Shown here piece by piece: positions 57,288 to 64,000 of a stretch of 64,000 nt of DNA. This stretch comes from Bacteroidota bacterium. GTDB lineage: Bacteria; Bacteroidota; Bacteroidia; Bacteroidales; SZUA-534. Both the position numbers and the translations under genes were made by a program. Under the pieces are notes generated by a model. That model was not told the origin of the DNA. It did no database searches and was given only the letters and a program-made list of their open reading frames with translations. The stretch covers positions 21,411 through 85,410 of the forward strand of contig QKGS01000069.1 in the NCBI GenBank assembly GCA_003250355.1. Reading direction: 5' to 3'. How positions within the stretch are numbered: the first letter of the stretch is position 1; every line of letters starts with the position of its first letter.

Positions 57288-58289
57288 ATGAAACTCTTTA
57301 TTAAAAAAAATACATACTTTTTCGCTCCAATCATTATAGTATCATTAGTTCTAATAGTTCCATTCTTTCTACTTGACCCATTCCATATTGTAAAAGATTA
57401 TGATAAATACTATAACTCATTTGTGGAATATAATGAGGACTATATTGCTACCGGAAAAGTATTGAAAAGTAACAATGCATATAATTCATTTATGTTTGGC
57501 AGTTCCAGAGTTGCAGGTGGATTCAATATTGAATATTGGAAAAACAAATTAAGCGAAAATGACTCTGCTTTTAAGTATGCTGCTGCCTTTGAGTCGTTAT
57601 TTGGTATCCGTGGTAAAATGCTTATGCTTGACAGAATAGGTAATCCTATTGAAAATGTTGTAATATGCTTCGATATAGATGCAGTATTTGGAAAACTTAG
57701 TAACTATAAAAACCATTCATTAACTAAACACCCCGAAGTATCGGGTGGAAATAAAAGAGCCTTTGTTGCAACTTTCCTGAAAGATTACATATTCAGCGCT
57801 TTTTTTATCAGATATTTCGATTACCTGTTATTTAAAACAAAAAGAGATTATATGTCGGGCTATCTGTTTGTAGAAGATTGGGATTATAGTGAAGAATATG
57901 AACCTTTTTGCTTGTTGCTGCGAAAAGAAGATATGATTACAAAAGACTCGGCAGGATATTACTCTTCAATGTCGAATAATCTGTATGAACGTGACACTAT
58001 TGAAAGTATGCGGGAAAAAGTTATAACAGAACTCGGGAAACAATACCTTACTGATATAAAAAATATATTTGACAAACATAATACAGATTATAAAATTGTT
58101 ATAAATCCATTATACGATCAGTTGAAAATTAATGATGAGGATTTGAAGATTTTATACCATGTTTTTGGCAATGAAAATGTTTATGATTTTTCCGGAAAAA
58201 ACAGAATTACCGATAATAAATACAACTATTATGAATCATCGCATTTCAGACCGCAGGTAGGTAAAGTTATATTAGATTCTATTTATTAA
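57288..58289 (+). CDS. DltD/SGNH-like membrane-anchored partner of MBOAT, copy 2 (intact)
   Basis: 333 aa counted from MKLFIKKNTYFF, with one N-terminal TM. FGSSRVAGGF lies near the N-terminus and YYESSHFRPQVG near the C-terminus. The ATG at 57288 is 4 nt after the MBOAT stop. The track start 57255 overlaps the MBOAT gene. Confidence 0.6.
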   Translation: MKLFIKKNTYFFAPIIIVSLVLIVPFFLLDPFHIVKDYDKYYNSFVEYNEDYIATGKVLKSNNAYNSFMFGSSRVAGGFNIEYWKNKLSENDSAFKYAAAFESLFGIRGKMLMLDRIGNPIENVVICFDIDAVFGKLSNYKNHSLTKHPEVSGGNKRAFVATFLKDYIFSAFFIRYFDYLLFKTKRDYMSGYLFVEDWDYSEEYEPFCLLLRKEDMITKDSAGYYSSMSNNLYERDTIESMREKVITELGKQYLTDIKNIFDKHNTDYKIVINPLYDQLKINDEDLKILYHVFGNENVYDFSGKNRITDNKYNYYESSHFRPQVGKVILDSIY

Positions 58290-58321
58290 AAAAACCCCCG
58301 GAATTCGCCATCACCGGGGGT
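58287..58321 (-). terminator. GC-rich hairpin with the U-tract on the minus strand
   Basis: ACCCCCGG (58294-58301), 12-nt loop, CCGGGGGT (58314-58321). An A7 run (58288-58294) gives a U-tract only for a minus-strand transcript. No T-run follows on the plus strand. Confidence 0.5.
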
Positions 58322-58531
58322 CACCAAATATTAACCAAATCAGTTTATGAAAAACTAAAAACCTTTTACAATCTCTTTAACGTAGGTTATTAAAAAAGGT
58401 TTCAAAAAGTTAACTGTTTTGTTAAAGTTTTCTTAAAAACTGCTTTTGATAATAATAAATACGATTATTTATCCGTAATTGTTGTAACGTTTATGGGTTT
58501 TAGCCCGTCTATTTATTCAAAATACTATTAT

Positions 58532-59215
58532 ATGGTAAAAATAGAACAGTTACATAAGTCTTATATTACAGGTAAAAACAGTTTACATGTTCTTAAAGGA
58601 ATCGATCTATATGTTGAAGAGGGGGAAATGGTATCAATTATGGGTAGCTCAGGTTCAGGAAAATCAACATTGCTCAATATACTTGGCATTCTCGATACAT
58701 ACGACGAAGGTTCATATTATTTGGCCGGCGAACTTGTGCGAAATATGAATGAGAAAAAAGCCGCACTTTACAGAAACAGAACTCTTGGTTTTATTTTTCA
58801 GCAATTCAATTTAATACCCTTTAAAAATGCTTTAGAAAATGTTGCATTACCGCTCTATTATCAAAAAGTTAGTCGTAAAAAGCGCAATCAGGTTGCTCTT
58901 GAGTATCTCGACAAAGTTGGGTTAAAAGATTGGGCACACCATATGCCCAACGAATTATCGGGCGGTCAAAAGCAACGTGTTGCTATTGCCAGAGCATTAA
59001 TATCGAAACCTAAAATTATTCTTGCCGATGAGCCTACCGGTGCACTCGACTCTGTAACTTCATACGAAGTAATGAATATTCTGAAAGAAGTTAATAACGA
59101 GGGTATAACAATGATGATAGTAACTCACGAACACGATATTTCAGAAATGACACAGAGAGTTATCCATTTGAAAGATGGATTAATAGAAAAAAATATTACC
59201 AACAGACATAACTAA
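58532..59215 (+). CDS. MacB/LolD-type ABC transporter ATP-binding protein
   Basis: GSSGSGKSTLLN (Walker A), LSGGQKQRVAIARAL, ILADEPTGALD. The ATG at 58532 (MVKIEQLHKSY) is preferred to the track start at 58493. Confidence 0.85.
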   Translation: MVKIEQLHKSYITGKNSLHVLKGIDLYVEEGEMVSIMGSSGSGKSTLLNILGILDTYDEGSYYLAGELVRNMNEKKAALYRNRTLGFIFQQFNLIPFKNALENVALPLYYQKVSRKKRNQVALEYLDKVGLKDWAHHMPNELSGGQKQRVAIARALISKPKIILADEPTGALDSVTSYEVMNILKEVNNEGITMMIVTHEHDISEMTQRVIHLKDGLIEKNITNRHN

Positions 59216-59221
59216 TTATTT

Positions 59222-60496
59222 ATGCTTATTGATATTGATAAATGGCAGGAAATATTTAGCACTCTGAAAAAGAATAAGCTTCGCACCTTTCTTACTTCGT
59301 TTAGTGTAGCTTGGGGTATACTTATTCTTATAATATTATTAGGCTCAGGTAAAGGTCTACAAAACGCTGTATTAAATAATTTTGAAGGCTCTGCAACCAA
59401 TGCTGTATGGATAACCGGAATGCGTACAAGCATGAATTATAAGGGTTATGGCAAGGATAGAACTATTCAGCTCAATAATAACGACTATGAAGTAATACGC
59501 GACCAAATAGAAGGTATCGACCATATTTCTCCTCAGTTCAATATTTGGGGTAATACTTCATTAAGCTATAACGATGAGTTTGGTAATTTTACTGTCCAAT
59601 GCATTTTACCATCGCATCAGTATGTGCAGGGAACCGATGTTGTTACTGGTCGTTATATTAATGAAATTGATATAGAGCAGCGAAGAAAAGTAATATGTAT
59701 AGGAAAAGGAGTACATGAGGCTCTCTTCAAAATGGATAATCCGATAGGAAAATATGTGAAACTTAATGGAATCCCTTTTAAAGTAGTTGGAATATTCGAT
59801 GGTGGCAATCAAAATGGAGACAAAAGAGTTGTAGTTCCATTTTCTGCAGCACAGCAAATTTTCAATGGAGGTACTAATGTTTCAACACTTGGATTAACTA
59901 CCGGTAATGCCTCGGTCGAAGAATCGAAGATAATACTTGATAATATTTTAAAAAAACTGGCTCAGCTACATACATTTCACCCCGACGATAAAAGTGCAAT
60001 ATTTATGTACAATACACTTGAAGATTATCAAAAAACACTCCAAGTATTTAATGGCATAAGGGTGTTTGTTTGGATAATTGGTATCGGCACTTTAATTGCA
60101 GGCATAGTAGGTATAGGCAATATTATGTTAATTGTAGTTAAAGAACGTACACGTGAAATAGGAGTCCGTAAGGCTTTGGGAGCAACTCCGGTTAGTGTAG
60201 TGAGTTTAATTATATCAGAGGCAATATTTATAACAACTATTGCCGGATATTTTGGAATGGTATTAGGTATAGCTATTATGGAAGGGGTCGATTTTTTAGT
60301 TGATCAGGCTATTGCAAATGCTCCTCAAACTTCCGATGCCGGCAACCAAATGGTTATGTTTATGAATCCTAATGTCGATGTAAGAATTGCAGTTTCAGCA
60401 ACAATACTTTTAGTAATAAGTGGTGCTATTGCAGGGTTGTTCCCTGCCGTAAAAGCATCAAAAATTAAACCTATTGAAGCTTTGCGATATGAATAA
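59222..60496 (+). CDS. MacB-like ABC transporter permease (FtsX domain), paralog 1
   Basis: 424 aa with an N-terminal TM, a periplasmic domain and three C-terminal TMs. Contains VKERTREIGVRKALGA. Confidence 0.8.
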   Translation: MLIDIDKWQEIFSTLKKNKLRTFLTSFSVAWGILILIILLGSGKGLQNAVLNNFEGSATNAVWITGMRTSMNYKGYGKDRTIQLNNNDYEVIRDQIEGIDHISPQFNIWGNTSLSYNDEFGNFTVQCILPSHQYVQGTDVVTGRYINEIDIEQRRKVICIGKGVHEALFKMDNPIGKYVKLNGIPFKVVGIFDGGNQNGDKRVVVPFSAAQQIFNGGTNVSTLGLTTGNASVEESKIILDNILKKLAQLHTFHPDDKSAIFMYNTLEDYQKTLQVFNGIRVFVWIIGIGTLIAGIVGIGNIMLIVVKERTREIGVRKALGATPVSVVSLIISEAIFITTIAGYFGMVLGIAIMEGVDFLVDQAIANAPQTSDAGNQMVMFMNPNVDVRIAVSATILLVISGAIAGLFPAVKASKIKPIEALRYE

Positions 60497-60592
60497 TAAT
60501 GAGTTATTGAATACTAATAAAATACAAGCAACGATATTATATTTTGAATCTGTTTGCCGAAAGGCAGCCTTTATACTCTTTAACTAATTTAT

Positions 60593-61843
60593 ATGTTTGA
60601 CATTGATTTATACCGTGAAGTTTGGCAGGCTATCTCAAAAAACAGGCTTCGCTCCACATTAACTGCTTTCGGAGTATTGTGGGGTATATTTATGCTTGTT
60701 GTTCTTCATGGAGCAGGCAATGGTCTTGAAAATGGGATAACAAAAAATTTCTCAGGCTTTGCAACAAATTCAGCTTTTATTTGGGCAGAAAAAACATCAA
60801 AACCTTATAAAGGATTTAAAGAAGGACGACAGTGGAGTATGTCAAATAAAGATATTGTTGCCTTAAAACAAGAAGTTCCAGAAATAGAATATATAGTACC
60901 GCGCTTAAATGGTTGGAGGCAAAATGGACAAAACAATACATTGTATAAAGACCGATACGGTACTTTCTCATACAAAGGCGATTATCCCGATCTTGCTAAA
61001 GTGCAAGCTTTCGATATGATTCATGGGCGTTTCTTGAATGAAATAGATTTAGCAGAAAGTCGTAAGGTTTGTGTAATAGGGCCTCGTGTTGCCGAAGTTT
61101 TATTTCCTCACGGCGAAAACCCCGTAGGTGAATATATTCGTATGTCAGGCGTTTATTTCAAAATTGTTGGTGTGTTTAATGTATCTAACAGTAATAGAAA
61201 CGACAGACGGCAGGAAATACATATCCCGTTTACCACAATGCAAAAAGCATTCAACTATGGCGATATTGTTCACTATTTTGCATTTACAGCACATGAAGGC
61301 AATAAAGTTTCGGTGTTGGAAAATAAAATTATGGATATTGTTAAAGAACGAAACAATGTTGCCCCCGACGATCCTCAAGCAATAGGACATTTTAATGTAG
61401 AAACACGCTACGAGCAAATGAGTAAACTGTTTCAGGGAATAGATATTTTAACATTTATTGTTGGTTTGGGAACTTTGCTCGCCGGAGTTATAGGAATAAG
61501 TAATATTATGTTAGTTGTTGTAAAAGAACGTACAGTCGAAATTGGCATTAAGCGTGCTATTGGAGCCACTCCATTAAGTATAATTAAACAAATTATGATT
61601 GAGTCAGTAATACTTACATTATCGGCCGGATATATAGGCCTTACTTTAGGGATTTTGTTAAATGAAGGATTAGGAGCAATTATGGCTCAAAATCCGGATA
61701 GTGTATTACTAAACCCGGGAATTGACCTGAAAACAGGACTAATTTCACTAGCTGTTATTGTAACATCGGGAGCTATGGCAGGGCTTTTACCGGCCACAAG
61801 AGCCATAAAGGTTAAACCAATTGATGCTATTAGAGGAGAGTAA
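60593..61843 (+). CDS. MacB-like ABC transporter permease (FtsX domain), paralog 2
   Basis: 416 aa with the same topology. Contains VKERTVEIGIKRAIGA. Confidence 0.8.
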   Translation: MFDIDLYREVWQAISKNRLRSTLTAFGVLWGIFMLVVLHGAGNGLENGITKNFSGFATNSAFIWAEKTSKPYKGFKEGRQWSMSNKDIVALKQEVPEIEYIVPRLNGWRQNGQNNTLYKDRYGTFSYKGDYPDLAKVQAFDMIHGRFLNEIDLAESRKVCVIGPRVAEVLFPHGENPVGEYIRMSGVYFKIVGVFNVSNSNRNDRRQEIHIPFTTMQKAFNYGDIVHYFAFTAHEGNKVSVLENKIMDIVKERNNVAPDDPQAIGHFNVETRYEQMSKLFQGIDILTFIVGLGTLLAGVIGISNIMLVVVKERTVEIGIKRAIGATPLSIIKQIMIESVILTLSAGYIGLTLGILLNEGLGAIMAQNPDSVLLNPGIDLKTGLISLAVIVTSGAMAGLLPATRAIKVKPIDAIRGE

Positions 61844-61866
61844 AAATTAAAAGAATATAATTGAAA

Positions 61867-62994
61867 ATGAAGAAGATTTTAAGAATAGTAATTTGGGTTA
61901 GTGTAATCCTGTTATTTGTTGGAACATTTGTTTTTTTGGCCGGCAAATCAAAAAAGAAACCGGTTGTATATCAAATAGAAAATCCACAACAGATTGATAT
62001 TGTAAAAAAAACACTTGCTACAGGATCAGTTGTTCCGCGAAAAGAGATACAAATAAAACCACAAATTTCCGGAATAGTTCAGGAAATTATGGTCGAGGCA
62101 GGGCAAAAAGTTCATGAAGGGCAGGTATTAGCTAAAATTAAGGTGATACCCGATATGGTAAGCCTTAACTCTGCTGAATCGCGTGTAAAACAAGCAGAAT
62201 TGAATTATACAAATGAAAAAATTAACTATGACAGACAAAAACAGCTATACGAAAAAAATGTTATTTCCGAATCAGATTTTCAAAGAGCTGAGTTGAGTTT
62301 TAACTCTTCAAAAGAAGAACGCTCTTCAGCTGAAAGTAACCTCGAAATAATTAAAGAAGGTGTTAGTAAAAAAGCCCAAACAGCATCGAATACACTCATT
62401 AGATCAACTATTTCAGGTATGGTATTAGATATTCCTATTAAAGTCGGAAACTCAGTTATTCAAAGTAACAATTTCAACGATGGTACAACCATAGCCGTAG
62501 TTGCCGACATGACCGATATGATATTTGAGGGGAAAATTGATGAAACAGAAGTTGGAAAAATAAGTGAAGGTATGGCATTGGTTTTAACTATCGGAGCTCT
62601 TGAAAATGTTACATTTAATGCTTTATTAGAATATATTTCTCCCAAAGGAGTTGAAGAAAATGGAGCTATTCAGTTTGAAATTAAAGCTAAGGTTGAGCTA
62701 CGTACCGACAGGTTTATCCGTTCTGGTTATAGTGCCAATGCCGATATAGAACTTGAACGACGTGATAGTGTAATGGCTATTCGCGAAGGTTTAATCACTT
62801 TTAGTAACGACAGTGCATTTGTTGAGGTATTAACCGGCGATTCTACAACGATTCCTCAAATATTTAAAAAACAAAGTGTTGAACTTGGCTTATCCGATGG
62901 TTTGAATATAGAAATAAAATCGGGCATTGATATGGCTGCAAAGCTTAAAGGTAATGCCATTGTAAATGAAAAGGGTAAAAAACATAATATGTAA
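61867..62994 (+). CDS. efflux periplasmic adaptor (membrane fusion protein, HlyD/MacA-like)
   Basis: About 375 aa with an N-terminal TM, a lipoyl-like segment (GIVQEIMVEAGQKVHEGQVLAKI), a coiled coil and a beta-barrel region. The ATG at 61867 is preferred to the TTG at 61861. Confidence 0.8.
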   Translation: MKKILRIVIWVSVILLFVGTFVFLAGKSKKKPVVYQIENPQQIDIVKKTLATGSVVPRKEIQIKPQISGIVQEIMVEAGQKVHEGQVLAKIKVIPDMVSLNSAESRVKQAELNYTNEKINYDRQKQLYEKNVISESDFQRAELSFNSSKEERSSAESNLEIIKEGVSKKAQTASNTLIRSTISGMVLDIPIKVGNSVIQSNNFNDGTTIAVVADMTDMIFEGKIDETEVGKISEGMALVLTIGALENVTFNALLEYISPKGVEENGAIQFEIKAKVELRTDRFIRSGYSANADIELERRDSVMAIREGLITFSNDSAFVEVLTGDSTTIPQIFKKQSVELGLSDGLNIEIKSGIDMAAKLKGNAIVNEKGKKHNM

Positions 62995-63013
62995 TTCATT
63001 TTTATAAATAAAC

Positions 63014-64000
63014 ATGATTAAGCAAACTATCACAACACTATTCATTGCAGCTGTTAGCTTTGTAACTTTTTCTCAAGAATCGGCATATGTTGAACCTTGG
63101 ACTTTTGAACAATGTGTTAACTATGCCTTAGATAATAATATATCAGTAAAGCAGCAGAAACTAAATGTAAATTATAGAGAGAACCAACTATTACAGTCAA
63201 AATACAATTTAGCACCTAGTGTTAATGCAAATGTGCGCCATAATTTTAATTTTGGTAAGTCTACTCAATCCGACAATACATTCATTAATCAAAATTCACA
63301 ATCAACCAACTTTGCTCTTAATGCCGATGTAGTTCTTTTCAATGGCTTTGCAAAGCAAAATACTATTAAAAAGCGACAGTTAGAGCTGGAGTATACAATT
63401 CACGATCTCAACAAAATTAAAAATGATATTACTTTAGCCGTAGCATCGGCTTATTTGCAAATATTATTTAACCGCGAATTAGTTGATATAACAAAACAAC
63501 AGATTGATGTAACCAAATTGCAACTCATTGACTACAATAAAAAAGTTGATGCAGGAAGTATGCCCAAAGGTAAACTATTTGAAACCGAAGCACAATTGGC
63601 TAATGAAGAGTTAACATTAACAAATTACGAAAATGAACTTTTCCTGGCAAAACTCAATCTAATTCAGTTACTTGAGTTAGAATCAATTGAAGGATTCAGT
63701 ATTGTTACACCTCAATTCGACGAATCATTACTTGATATCAGCATACTAAAAGCGGAGACCGTATTCAGTAAAGCTCTTGAATACCGACCTGAGATAAAAA
63801 GTAAAGAGATAAAACTAAAAAGCATGGAGTATGAGACTAAAATAAGCAAGGCACAACTTATGCCCGTTTTAAGTGCTTATGCCGGGTATAATAATTTTTA
63901 TAACAATAAGTACATGAAAGATACCATACTTAAAATGCCCTTATCAGACCAACTCAATTTAAATGCTCAAACCACAGTTGGGCTACAATTACAAATACCA
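63014..64000 (+). CDS. TolC-family outer membrane efflux protein (3' partial, runs off window)
   Basis: This gene is not in the ORF track because it has no stop. My translation from ATG 63014 gives MIKQTITTLFIAAVSFVTFSQESAYVEPWTFEQCVNYALDNNISVKQQKL... I spot-checked the start and the last ~160 nt and saw no in-frame stop up to nt 64000. It has a typical OEP N-terminus and coiled repeats. Confidence 0.75.
   Translation, partial: MIKQTITTLFIAAVSFVTFSQESAYVEPWTFEQCVNYALDNNISVKQQKLNVNYRENQLLQSKYNLAPSVNANVRHNFNFGKSTQSDNTFINQNSQSTNFALNADVVLFNGFAKQNTIKKRQLELEYTIHDLNKIKNDITLAVASAYLQILFNRELVDITKQQIDVTKLQLIDYNKKVDAGSMPKGKLFETEAQLANEELTLTNYENELFLAKLNLIQLLELESIEGFSIVTPQFDESLLDISILKAETVFSKALEYRPEIKSKEIKLKSMEYETKISKAQLMPVLSAYAGYNNFYNNKYMKDTILKMPLSDQLNLNAQTTVGLQLQIP

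Larger units (their letters stand above)
53341..58289 (+). repeat. tandem duplication of a two-gene MBOAT + partner unit (period 2488 bp)
   Basis: MBOAT starts are at 53341 and 55829. The first 27 nt of both are identical. The proteins align without gaps. Confidence 0.9.

Noticed and set aside
1-64000. Search for CRISPR arrays, tRNA/rRNA genes, IS elements, integrases or phage genes.
   Set aside because: I saw no regularly spaced direct repeats, no tRNA-like T-arm (GTTCGAATC-type) sequences, no high-GC structured RNA genes, and no transposase or recombinase-like ORFs on either strand. The scan was by eye only, so short or degenerate elements could have been missed.

Overview
This 64-kb chromosomal window comes from an AT-rich member of the Bacteroidota. 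The assignment rests on T9SS C-terminal sorting domains, TAnnTTTG -7 promoter boxes, and the conserved blocks ftsX-DUF3098-uppP-truB-queA and ileS-dksA-like-lspA. I support about 50 protein genes. I recognised no rRNA, tRNA, CRISPR array, transposase or integrase.

Left edge: the tail of a surface-polysaccharide locus (unassigned GT-like gene, Wzx flippase, WbsX/GH99-like gene, YfhO-like membrane protein).

Middle: housekeeping genes (ileS, lspA, dgt, obg, fbaA, cyclophilin and others) are interleaved with two sensors. One is a propeller-type histidine kinase with no receiver or HTH module. The other is a PAS + cyclase-homology protein whose catalytic residues look degenerate. A small decayed accessory islet lies at about 31.7-34.3 kb. 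It holds an orphan T9SS-CTD mini-ORF, a lipoprotein, and a frameshifted and truncated RelE-like toxin remnant.

Right half, in order:
- a minus-strand block: Zn-ribbon SDR, histidine phosphatase, GH2, FetAB-like exporter
- a 2121-aa T9SS cargo (DUF5060/GH140-like N-terminus, six Big_2 domains, a DNRLRE-like domain, CBM6, CTD)
- PPK2
- a tandemly duplicated MBOAT + DltD/SGNH-like two-gene module with a 2488-bp period
- a MacB-type ABC/adaptor/TolC operon that runs off the right edge

Two genes carry apparent 1-nt deletions: the SLC12-like transporter and the first MBOAT partner. These could be real pseudogenisation or assembly error.

My best candidates for something not yet described are:
- the duplicated MBOAT/DltD-like acylation module, which has no recognisable substrate pathway
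- the degenerate PAS-cyclase with its tightly coupled secreted partner
- the Zn-ribbon SDR block

None of these can be proven from sequence alone. I see no canonical defence, toxin or mobile system.
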